Part shown: piece by piece, positions 1 to 9,938 of the stretch
Position numbering within the stretch: position 1 is the first letter of the stretch
Layout: every line of letters starts with the position of its first letter
Assembly: GCA_010405405.1 (NCBI GenBank)
Contig: MU004236.1
Coordinates: 1,618,070 to 1,682,069, forward strand
Source of the DNA: Microthyrium microscopicum
Lineage: Eukaryota
Direction: 5' to 3'
Length of the DNA stretch: 64,000 nt
Position numbers and translations under genes: made by a program
The notes under the pieces: generated by a model
Told to the model about the DNA's origin: nothing
Databases searched by the model: none
Seen by the model: the letters and a program-made list of their open reading frames with translations, nothing else

Positions 1-286
1 GGTCAGTTAAAGGTGCCTCGCAATTGAACGGGTGAACACCAGTTAGGCGAATCAAACGCGGGTCGCGCAGTACGTGGCTATCCGGTGTATCTTTGTCAAC
101 ATCTAAAACTTTGGTGGCTGCGGGTGTAGGAGGCGGAAGTGGAAACTCTGGTTCTGCTGAAGGTGATGAACATCCTGTTCGTGAATCTCCAAGTGTACTG
201 TCGGGGGGTGTAGGTGGAAACTGGTTGCTGTCCTTCAGGACGTCGGTTGACTCGGGTTTGCTAGAGTCTATAGCGGTGGCTTCCAT
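1..286 (-). CDS. niaD: Nitrate reductase (NADPH), 5' end; gene continues beyond the left edge
   Basis: Manual translation from ATG at 286: MEATAIDSSKPEST...PLPPPTPAATKVLDVDKDTPDSHVLRDPRLIRLTGVHPFNCEAPLTD. RDPRLIRLTGVHPFN.EAPL is the conserved motif at the start of the Mo-cofactor domain of fungal nitrate reductases. Not in the ORF track because it has no stop within the window. Confidence 0.93.
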   Translation of the reverse strand, partial: MEATAIDSSKPESTDVLKDSNQFPPTPPDSTLGDSRTGCSSPSAEPEFPLPPPTPAATKVLDVDKDTPDSHVLRDPRLIRLTGVHPFNCEAPLTD

Positions 287-430
287 AACGACGAACAAGA
301 TATATGAAACTAGTTTGTTTTGGGGTATGAAAGGCCAACGGTAAGATGTTGAGCTAAGAGATTGCGAATGGCTAAAATCATGCCTTACATTGCACAATCA
401 ACAGCGCTTCAAGCACACTTGAAAAGAGAA

Positions 431-1189
431 TGATAAACTTTGGACTTGGCAAGTATGAAGACAAGGTATTTCTTTTTCCATTCCAAGTACTCGGAGTTCA
501 CCATGATCGGAATCATCCTGTAGATCGCGTTATCAACAGCCTACCATTGACTCCGGAGAAGCGTACAGCATCATTGAAAGAATAAGCTAGCTGGAGAAAC
601 ACCCGCGGAGGTTCGCTCACCACATACGGTAATGTGGGGAGGGCATATCTTGCAGCAGGCTCGATCAGCATAATGCTTGTAACACCATATTTGAAAATAC
701 AATAAAAAAAAGTCAGAGTGCCATTCTTGAATCTGAACAACGTGTTGCATCAACTGCCAGTTGTTGGTGTTCTTGAATCAGAGAAAGCCTTTGATCGATA
801 AGGACAAAACATCTCCCAGCTACATCGTTACTGAAATCTTTGGTAATGGTGTCCAAACTGCCGAAAGGATCTGATGATGGGGAATTCAGGTTCTGTGTGG
901 TTCGTCGCAAATTCGTTCGCCTCCTGTCTAGAGATCCAGAACCATTCCCAAAAAGGAATGGTGTTATCTTTTCCTTTTCGGCCAATCACAGCCCTTGCTT
1001 TGCAACTTCCATCTCGTGTAACTACGGTACCGCGATATAAACTTCGCCATCTCCGAACCCCATGTGCCTCTGTCGGCGAAGTCACCTCGTTTGAAGCAGA
1101 CCCAGAATAGTCAGAGTTGTAATTCTTGACCTTGGATGGTGGTCGTATTCCCCATCCTCTCACGTATACCGCACCTGGAGAGATTATCA
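431..1189. promoter_or_regulatory. Nitrate-responsive promoter elements: one NirA/NIT4-type site plus several HGATAR (AreA/NIT2) sites
   Basis: CCGCGGAG at 603-610 is CTCCGCGG on the minus strand, matching the NirA consensus CTCCGHGG. A related palindrome CTCCGGAG lies at 551-558. HGATAR sites: 431-436, 530-535 (rc), 796-801, 964-969 (rc), 1184-1189 (rc). All are upstream of the niaD ATG. Confidence 0.6.
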
Positions 1190-2930
1190 AGAAAATATCA
1201 ACAGAATAACCAAGCTACGACTTGCCCAAGCTTCCATGGCCATCCTACGTTTGTTCCAAATTCAATTCCACTGCTCACTCTTTCAACTCGTTCCGAGTGA
1301 TGTTAGGTATTTTGAAGTCGAACTGCCTGACAGTGCGCATTTCTCAAACATTTGGGCCAGCAGGTGTCATTCAACTATTGTCCTATGACATTCCCATACT
1401 GCATTCTGAAGCAGCGGAGTGAACATCTTGAAAGCTGATTTGCAAACAGACCCTTTTTTGGCGATGACAGCTCATCAACGCCCGCCAAAAATGAAGGACC
1501 TTCGACATACAGTATATCATCATCTGGAATCGTCACGTCACTCAATACCATTGATGGCCACTCATAATAATGCTCATTAGCTGTACTAGGTCATGTCCAA
1601 AAATAGTCAGGGTAGTTGCTGGGTCTTTCCCAATCCGTGATGAATATGTCCCAACCAGGACCAAAAGAGCCTGGATAGGCGAAGATTTCGATTTGGGAGA
1701 TGTGCAACTATTGAACCCTACCAGCGGCCCATCCATTGGTAAGGAACCTTCGGCGCCGTGAAAGCTGATCGGGGACATGAAAATACCATCCAAGCTGTAA
1801 GCGTGCAATGTACAACATTACTTCTGCCATCTAGGCTCGGCTATACACCCCCAAATATGGCTGATTATATCAATGATCAATGACCAACTCATGAGGCTGT
1901 TGTGGTCGCCGCTTTATCAAAACAAACACCCCATATTCGGCGCAATTTGGTAGTATTCGAGTGTTGATTCCGTACGTTGTGAGAGCCTTCTATTACGCTT
2001 TCCTTCACCGACTCCCAAATTCGCCTGACCAGAGCAAACAATGCTCCCGAATGCAACTGAGGCTCTGGCTTGATCGAAAGTTCAAACAAAACTCTACTAT
2101 GCGGTGTACAGCAGTGTGTATGCCTTGCCAGGCTTTGTAATGGTAATTGTGCTGTATGTCTTCTTCACCGGTCAATATGTGTTTACTATCCCCGTAGTTG
2201 TCTTTGACTTGACACATTCTGAGTCAGTTCACTTATGCGCCGACAAGCGGAGAAACTTTCTCGCAGATGTAGGGCGCAGCGTTAAAGTCAGGCCAGCGGC
2301 GACAAATGCTTTGGCTAGCAGGCTCTTAAAGAACTTTGGCTAAGCTCAACTCGCTGCTCAATAACCGGTTTAATAACAGTTAATGTGGTTTATCAGCAAC
2401 TGATAGGCTAACATCACCCTAGGGACTTGGACAATACAGTTAGCCTTCGGGATAAATCCAGTTGGGCCGCAACAATTGAGTATAGTTCCCGAGAAACTAA
2501 CCAAACAAAGGTCAGCATGGTAGCAAGCATGACACAATGAGAGATACAACACAGACCGATAGATTAGACTCATGATCGAGTTCCATGCATGGCAGTTGAT
2601 TGTTTTGCTGTACTGTCACTACTGTCGTACCAATTGGCCAAGCTCTCACAGTAATACGACCTTGAGGCCTGTTTGTGCAACTTCGGGCATATACTGCTGC
2701 TATGTTTGCTTGAAATTGAGGAACGCCGATAGAGGTCTTGCATCTGATAGTGTTCCTCTATACGCCAGTGCCGTATAAAGCCTTGCTCATGCTCAGAAGA
2801 TCGAATATCAAATCTTTCATCGATTCGATCATCTCAGGTACTCTCACCCCAACGAATTTCAACTCTCAAAACAAAACTACCTACAATCAACGACTTTGCT
2901 GCTCACACAGCTGGTTTCTCTCACGCTGCT

Positions 2931-4103
2931 ATGCATCCCGTCGATGCAATAGTCCTGGGAAGAAAAGCATTCCCTGGTCTTCCCGGCTTCGCAGAAATGA
3001 TCCTTCCTAATAATGCCATGGCGGACTGGTCTGGTGCTTTCCCTTCCCATGATGTTGGGCAAAGACGGTTTCCAGGACATCATTCCATGAGACCTGGACA
3101 CGACATTCTCTTCAATGTTGGGCTCCCTAATCCCATCCATGTGGATCACAAAGTCCTCAACAAGAACCTTCCACGGTGGCGTGAGGTCTTCCCTCCCTCA
3201 CGTCTTAGAATGATAGACGCTCGGAACCTACGCCGACGTATGCAAGGTCTGATTGGCATGCAATTAGCCTACGGAGGCACTGATATAAACTCCACCCTAA
3301 TCTCAGTCTTGACATCTCTTTCTGGCCATGCTGGACGAACTGAAGGCCCTAGTCTCGATATCATCAGAATCCTTGAGGAGGCTTTTGCACGCGATATTCA
3401 ACATCATCACGGGGCCTCTGTTCAATCGACTTCCATTTACTTTTCTTGTTTGACAGAAATTGCCAACGTATTCCTGTCCAGGCCTATCGCTCGGGCGTTG
3501 CACAATTTTGCCATGCGAAATATCCGAGATATGCTCCAGGCAGACCTGATGTATCTGTTTCATATCTTATTCTATATCATTCACAACTCACTTTCAACCA
3601 TTACGGATATTACTCTTGTCCTCCGAGAAGTTCTTGAAAACAGGCCCACCATTTTTGCTGAACTTCTGGATCCAAGCTCCGACTATTATCAACGCCATCC
3701 GTTTTTCCACCCAGTGTATTCTACACTCATGCAGTTGAGACAAAGACTGGACGATGGGGGCATAGGTATGCCCCCTGCAGGCAGATTTCCTAGACTAAAC
3801 CTTCAACGTGGTCGCCGGGCTCCTCGAAGACTTCCTCGAGTTACGCATCCCTCGTCTTGGGAACGCCAAATGATGGATCCTTGGGCCCTAATGCGGATGC
3901 AAAGGGATCGGGATTTCCAACTCGAACAAGCTGCTGAGATTGGTGGTGACCATGTCAGAAGGCACATGCACTTCCTAATTGAAAAAGCCGGCAGGACTCC
4001 CGGATGGTCAGACGGGGACTTTGAGTCGGACGTGGAGTCATATTTTGACATGGATTTTATGGGGAACAATGGCTTTTTAAGCCCGGGGCACTTGCTGATG
4101 TGA
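2931..4103 (+). CDS. Hypothetical protein (390 aa, apparently intronless)
   Basis: 1173-nt stop-free ORF with ATG start and normal GC content; central helical-looking region; no recognisable motif. Confidence 0.7.
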   Translation: MHPVDAIVLGRKAFPGLPGFAEMILPNNAMADWSGAFPSHDVGQRRFPGHHSMRPGHDILFNVGLPNPIHVDHKVLNKNLPRWREVFPPSRLRMIDARNLRRRMQGLIGMQLAYGGTDINSTLISVLTSLSGHAGRTEGPSLDIIRILEEAFARDIQHHHGASVQSTSIYFSCLTEIANVFLSRPIARALHNFAMRNIRDMLQADLMYLFHILFYIIHNSLSTITDITLVLREVLENRPTIFAELLDPSSDYYQRHPFFHPVYSTLMQLRQRLDDGGIGMPPAGRFPRLNLQRGRRAPRRLPRVTHPSSWERQMMDPWALMRMQRDRDFQLEQAAEIGGDHVRRHMHFLIEKAGRTPGWSDGDFESDVESYFDMDFMGNNGFLSPGHLLM

Positions 4104-4409
4104 CCGGAGTGTGGGAGCGTGTCCCGGGTATCTGTTCAGGCAAAGATCATGGCATAATCTACACGAAGTGCTTGTTCTCAAATTTTTGTATCTTTGATGT
4201 TAGCGCTACTAGTATGCATACGATGTTCTGCAATATCGTTTAGTCGTTTACGAATATATGTTTCGGTTCATCTCGTCATCTGTAACCACTAGTGGACATG
4301 AAGAATAAAAGTGCAGATCAACCGCAATTGTATCCTGCTCAACGTAAACGATAATCTCGTAAGACACATGTATGTTTGACAGGATTGCCTTTGTCTGATA
4401 TGCCCATTG

Positions 4410-4484
4410 TTGAATAATCATTCATTGGGATATTGAATAAACATTCATTGGCATATTGAATAAACATTCGTTGGGATATTGAAT
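4410..4484. repeat. 23-bp tandem repeat, ~3.3 copies
   Basis: TTGAATAA(T/A)CATTC(A/G)TTGG(G/C)ATA at 4410, 4433 and 4456, plus a partial copy at 4479. Confidence 0.9.
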
Positions 4485-4664
4485 GTAGCTCACACTAATG
4501 GCGCATCTTGCGTAGCTCTTTTAAATGTGTACAAGTCGAATTGGAATGAACATACGGCCACCCTCAATAAGAAGGCTCCGTTCCTGGAAACGCCATTACA
4601 TGCTAGTGGAACCTTGCCTGACACCCACAGCGCCATGCAAATTCAGAAGAAGCAGATGAATCCT

Positions 4665-5764
4665 TCACCGTAACCATTTGATGACAAAGTAGCAAAACAA
4701 GAAGAAGATGATCACTCCACCCCAGAATATCCATTTATGCTGTTTTGCCCGTCTCTCCACCATTCGAATCGTATCACCACTAATACCTAGAGTAGTGCCT
4801 ACGCTATACAGCCTTCGTTGTGCATTTTTTAGAGTCTCCCTTTGTTGCCCAAGATTCGACAGCACATCCGAACCGTAGTCCAGAAAGTTGTCTAGTTGCC
4901 GATGTGTATCTTGCATAAAGTTTTGCTCGCGAAAAGCATGTGTTTCTCGGTTGGTGTCGAGGGGTGAAGCACCCAGTGCCGTGGCGCCAAATGGATTACT
5001 ACTAGACGGGCCTGCATTGGCGTATGGGTTTTCGGGAGTTGCGGCGTGATGAGGTCGGCGAGCGAACAAGTCAGTTCGGGCTTGCGTTGCTTGCTGCGTG
5101 AAGATTGAATTAGCGAAACAAGTTGCCAGTAACATAGGGCGAGAGGAAGAAAACAGTGTGACTGGTGTAAATGACTAGAAGGCAGAATCTATTCTGGAAC
5201 TTCAAAGGCAAACAAGTTCAACCTTCAGCGAGCGGGTGCGACCACTGCGTTCAAGATTATTGGTTATGACCTCTTTTAAGGTTACCGGAGTGACTTGGCT
5301 AAGCTCCCCAATTCAATGGAGCGTATGTGCCGCTGATGTAGTCAGATGTGACGGGGTACTCACTCTTTCGGAGGCTTCATTCTTTAAACGGTCCATTCGA
5401 TCACGATAGTCTCCTAATTCAGACTTGAATGTCTTCACTCGCTCGTACGCCTTAGTCTGTTTTTCAGGGACCAGTTCTTGTTTCGCAAGTTTGTTATAAT
5501 CGTCGATGGTACGTGAGAAGGAGGTAAGTGAGGCATTGACCTGACCTATAGTAGTCATTAGTTCTGTCTGTTCGATTCTTTCAAGATGTCCGTAATGGCG
5601 CATTGATTGTCTCGTACCAAGTAGAGCGGAGGACGACTCGCTCCCCGAAGCCAAGGCATCGAGATCTTTCCGTATCGCGGCACCTTGCCGTAAGGCGTTA
5701 TTATAGAGAGAATTCTATGTACAAATTAGTCGAGTAAGGCGCACCAGACATAAGATCGTACCAT
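4665..5764 (-). CDS. bos1: ER-Golgi Qb-SNARE Bos1/membrin (spliced, 4 exons)
   Basis: ATG-only first exon (5764-5762), intron 5761-5715 (GTACGA..CTAAT..TAG), then NSLYNNALRQGAAIRKDLD..., QVNASLTSFSRTIDDYNKLAKQELVPEKQ..., and RRPHHAATPENPY...SNARE coil (LGQQRETLKNAQRRLYSVGTTLGISGDTIRMVERRAKQHKWIF) with a C-terminal TM anchor. Joins ORFs 5313-5654 and 4665-5135. Confidence 0.9.
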
Positions 5765-6205
5765 CGCGGAGCTGAAAGGAGGAAGATGTTTGATGGTTTG
5801 CGCCGGAAGTCGGGAAGTTGAGTACTGGTAATGGCGCGTTTGTTTTGGGATACTGTGTACTTCCGTGATAGATACTACAGTAGGCCTAGCTGTGATTGGT
5901 ATCGTAGAATGGAGAGGAAGAGAAGATAGCAATTAGACACTTCATCGTTAACTTTTGGCGATGTGGACATTCCATTTTCAGATGCGTGTGGCTGAAGCTT
6001 TTCACTGCGCCACATCAAAGTGGCATTCTGTACTTTTTTCCATTTGAGTTTATGTGCAATCTGGAGATTGGGGCTCCATAGATATTTCATTAAGTTTCTT
6101 ATATTGACTTTAAGATATCAGATTTTGAAGAACAACTACTGCTTCTACCATGGTCTTTCACTTTCGTTTCGCCTCAACGCTACTTCAAGTGTCGTCGAGG
6201 ACACA

Positions 6206-7636
6206 ATGTTGTTACTTCACCTCTTATCAGCCATGACTTTAATATGCGCTGTACTGGCTGGCAACGCATCTCAATTTATATTTCCATCACCTGAAGCAGA
6301 ATGGCCTCGATTTCCCGAAGAAACGAAGCTTGTTGCTCATGCGCCAGACGCAGAGCTTCGCGATATGCTCTCTCAAATAGATCCAGCGCGAGTAAAGCAG
6401 ATTATCACTAAACTGGTCTCCTTTGGCACGCGGCACACGCTTTCGACTCAAGATGATCCAAATCGGGGAATTGGAGCTGCTCGCGACTGGATCGCATCTG
6501 AAATGCGCACTTTTGCCAAAAAGTCCAGTGGCAAAATGACCGTCACGGTTCCAGGATATACTCAGCAAGTAGCATCGCGCATCACTTTTCCCGTCCAAAT
6601 TAGCAACGTTGTTGCTAGACTGGAAGGCTCCGTTGATCCCAGTCGTGTCTATGTCATCTCTGGGCACTATGATAGCATGAACTCTGACATAATCAATCAT
6701 GAGGATGATGCTCCCGGAGCCAACGATGATGCGTCCGGTGTAGCCGTGGTGATGGAGCTTGCAAGAATCATGTCAGACAAGAAGCCTCATGCTACGATAC
6801 TGTTTGCTGCTGTCGCCGGGGAGGAGCAAGGACTCTACGGATCTGCATTTATGGCTCGAACGCTAAAAAGCGAGGGTGTAAACGTGGAGGCTATGCTGAA
6901 CAACGACATTGTTGGAAGTTCTACTGGCGCCAAAGATCAGAAGGAACCATACGTTATCCGCATGTTCGCCCAAGGACTACCTACCACACTGAGCTCAGCG
7001 CAAACGCAGCAAATTCTTAGGATTGGTGGTGAGAATGACTCACCGACCAGGCAGCTCGCGCGTTTCATTCAGGACGTTGCTACAAACGACGCAACAGGCA
7101 TGAATGTACAGATTGTTTATCGCCTCGATAGGTATGGTCGCGGAGGAGACCACTCTAGCTTCCTTCAACAAGGCTATCCGGCTGTACGTTTTACAGAACC
7201 AAACGAGAACTTTGCTCATCAGCATCAAACTGTACGGAAGCAAGGCAATCTACAGTATGGCGATTTGCCCGAGTTTTGCGATTTCAACTTCATTTCCCGC
7301 GTTGCAAAGGTCAATATGGCAGCTCTATGGAGCCTTGCAAACAGCCCTGGCCTGGTACCCATTGTGAAGCTCAACACGGCGGGCATGATCAATGATAGCA
7401 ACTTGTCTTGGAATGCTGTCAAGTCAAGCGATGTAGCAGGATACGAAATCGTTTGGAGGCAAACACTGTCTTCTTATTGGACTAATGTAAAAGCCGTTGG
7501 GAATGCACTCTCTACCACCATGTCCATCAGCCCCGACAACGTGATTTTTGGTGTGAGAGCGGTGGGAAAGAATGGTTATCGTGGTCCTGTTACTCCTGCT
7601 GGCCATCCCTCATATCCTTATTTCAAGCAAGGCTGA
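6206..7636 (+). CDS. Secreted M28-family zinc exopeptidase with C-terminal FN3-like beta domain
   Basis: Signal peptide MLLLHLLSAMTLICAVLA from ATG 6206; M28 Zn-ligand motifs SGHYDS, GANDDASG, GEEQGL, NNDIVG, GGDHSSF, HQH; C-terminal LSW..VAGYEIVWR..FGVRAV. Intronless. Confidence 0.9.
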   Translation: MLLLHLLSAMTLICAVLAGNASQFIFPSPEAEWPRFPEETKLVAHAPDAELRDMLSQIDPARVKQIITKLVSFGTRHTLSTQDDPNRGIGAARDWIASEMRTFAKKSSGKMTVTVPGYTQQVASRITFPVQISNVVARLEGSVDPSRVYVISGHYDSMNSDIINHEDDAPGANDDASGVAVVMELARIMSDKKPHATILFAAVAGEEQGLYGSAFMARTLKSEGVNVEAMLNNDIVGSSTGAKDQKEPYVIRMFAQGLPTTLSSAQTQQILRIGGENDSPTRQLARFIQDVATNDATGMNVQIVYRLDRYGRGGDHSSFLQQGYPAVRFTEPNENFAHQHQTVRKQGNLQYGDLPEFCDFNFISRVAKVNMAALWSLANSPGLVPIVKLNTAGMINDSNLSWNAVKSSDVAGYEIVWRQTLSSYWTNVKAVGNALSTTMSISPDNVIFGVRAVGKNGYRGPVTPAGHPSYPYFKQG

Positions 7637-7673
7637 AATGTAATGAACTGCTAGCTCAGAATTCGTCATTACT

Positions 7674-8099
7674 TCATGAAATCAGTCTTCTAGGTTTGAG
7701 ACCAGTTGATGGAGTTTTATCATACCCCTGTTGGCCGGCATTTCCACCACTTTCGGAGGTCATTTGATATACACTCCATAAATTCTGGCCTCCACACATT
7801 TGGAAAGGATATCCAGCGCAAGGATTGTTGCAAGAAGCTCCATCAACTAGAGCATCGTTTGGAGGCAGTGAGTCGCCACAGTAGCAGTCGGTTCCATTGA
7901 CTAGACCCATTGTGATGTGCTCAAGCTGAAAGCATGTATTTCGGCAGTACCCAACAGATTGATAGATGTCAGACCGCTGAAAATGCATAGGGACGTAGTT
8001 GTAGCATCCAACGTAAGCTGAAGTCTCCTGGGCTGTTGAAGGAGCGCCGAGAAAGGCTAACGCCGTGGTGGCAAGATATGCCAACCATGGGAAATGCAT
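7674..8099 (-). CDS. Small secreted WSC-domain protein
   Basis: Signal peptide MHFPWLAYLATTALAFLG.. followed by WSC pattern YVGCY...QSVGYCRNTC...GLVNGTDCYCGD...CNNPCAGYPFQMCGG..LWSVY. No TM or GPI tail evident. Confidence 0.88.
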   Translation of the reverse strand: MHFPWLAYLATTALAFLGAPSTAQETSAYVGCYNYVPMHFQRSDIYQSVGYCRNTCFQLEHITMGLVNGTDCYCGDSLPPNDALVDGASCNNPCAGYPFQMCGGQNLWSVYQMTSESGGNAGQQGYDKTPSTGLKPRRLIS

Positions 8100-8676
8100 G
8101 TTTGAGTATTTGAGAACAAAATCTGTCTATGCAGGTGTTTAGGGAATGTGAAATCGTCAATATAGACGGAGGACAGTTATGACGGTATTGTGAACGCCTT
8201 TTTACCCCTTTCAAATTGTGGTGGCAGTGCAACATGCCATCTGATTGGTGGAGGCTTAACAGCCTACGGGTTCAGCCTTATAGGTGCAGAAGGCTGAATA
8301 TTCACTATTCACCCATCATTTACTTGATCTTCTAACTTCCAGCAGTTTCTTTCTGTCAGACGAATTATCTCCCAGTGGCGCGTCATTGCAACTTTTCAGC
8401 TCTCATAAGGTCGCACCAGTTTTTATCTTCTCCATTATATCGACAGTTTTCCTGACGAATTGCAGTTCATAAAAAGTAGGAGGTGAAACGCCTGCTCGCC
8501 AGTACATTCGTGGATATAAGTATACGAGGGAGATGTGGGCGGTCCTCTTATTTTTTGCTGCTGTCAGTGGCCACTTATACGTTATGAAAGGATTCCAAAG
8601 TCACAGACAAGGCGTCATTGGTCTTTCAGTCGACTCAGCCTCGACATTTCTCTTTTAAGCCATTTACAGGGATCAC

Positions 8677-9096
8677 GCGGGCTTTGCTGAAGAGCCACTC
8701 CAGAGCCTTATGGAAGCCTATTTCAATTTGGATAACATAATAGCTGACATCGAAGGTGTCGATCGGGTTTTGAAGTTGAGGAAGCCCAGGAATGGGGAAG
8801 AGTGAAGGTGAGCTTTGTCGACAACACAGGCCATTCTGCAATACCTGGGCTGCTGACATTGCACTAGTAAACATTCCAAACCGCTTTTGGGACGTTGATC
8901 GGCAGGTCCCAACCTTGATAACAACTGGAAGCGTTCATCTCTCTCAAGAGCAGCCAAAGACGTCCATGCGTTGAGCGTGACAGTTCTGGCTGAGGACAAA
9001 AGAGTCAAATGGAATCACAAGAACTCCAATGAATAAAAGAAGATCCTGAGCTTACAGAAGTGGAAATGCAGATGCATTCAGACGCTGATCAAGTAA
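8677..9096 (+). pseudogene. Probable decayed gene fragment of unknown family
   Basis: One reading frame (AGFAEEPLQSLMEAYFNLDNIIADIEGVDRVLKLRKPRNGEE*...AAKDVHALSVTVLAEDKRVKWNHKNSNE*KKILSLQKWK) spans a canonical 60-nt intron at 8808-8867 (GTGAGC..GCTGAC..TAG). Exonic stops are TGA, TGA and TAA. Confidence 0.4.
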
Positions 9097-9132
9097 GCTA
9101 TGTGCCACCTTTAAGTGCGAATCCGCATCGAT

Positions 9133-9251
9133 TGCGATATCTACCACCAAGTGTGATATCTACCACCAAGTGCGATATCTACCACCAAGTGCGTTATCTA
9201 CCATCAACTGCTATACCTACCATCAGCTGCGATATCTACCATCAACTGCGA
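9133..9251. repeat. 19-bp minisatellite, 6 copies plus a partial
   Basis: Unit TGCGATATCTACCACCAAG at 9133, 9152, 9171, with drifted variants (..CCATCAAC / ..CCATCAGC) at 9190, 9209, 9228. No spacers. Confidence 0.92.
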
Positions 9252-9938
9252 CGGTTATGATCATCCTTTGTGCTAACAAATGCCGTTTCTTCTGATAACA
9301 GACAACATGAATTAACATTACGTATATCGATACTTAAGAGCACCCAACAAGGCAACAGAGAATCTATGTGATGTCTGCCTCATTTAGCATCTGAAATGTA
9401 CGGGGCTGTGTCAGTAAACCTGAAAAAGGAGGCGGCTTTGGAGGCTGAGCAGCCACTGCAGCTTCAGACGCACTGCACGTTGATGGGCGTACGAGACATA
9501 GCCTGACGAGATCAAGATTCTTTGCTAACAAAGTTCCTCTGGTTTTCATGAGAATTTCAGATTCGATATTTTTGCAACTTGTCGTTGCGCACTGCACGTG
9601 AAACCTTCAACGATCATCTCAACAAGCATATTATATCTCATAGAAGGAAGCATCCTGCTCAGGTGTACTTACCATCCGGTTTATCCTCGACACCACCACT
9701 TGCATATTGCCCCGCACCACTATCTTCACCGCAAGGAACCAGAGCCTTATTGCATATCATTTGGGCAATTACCACAGAGCCCATTTGTTCATGGCCAAGT
9801 CGAGATGACTTCAAGCATCAAGCCAAACTTCGATTAGGTCAGAGTAAGCCATGTTAGCCCAGCCTGACGGGTAAACACACTTTCACTCGCGAGTTGCGAT
9901 CAAGCCAAGCTCGACGATATAGAGTCCATCGTCTTGCA

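Noticed and set aside
93..344. 83-aa plus-strand ORF
   Set aside because: Antisense shadow of the nitrate reductase N-terminus.
6020..6205. Upstream GTG start for the peptidase
   Set aside because: The signal peptide begins at ATG 6206; the extension has no support.
9133..9251. CRISPR-like array
   Set aside because: Units are directly adjacent with no unique spacers, and the context is eukaryotic; it is a minisatellite.
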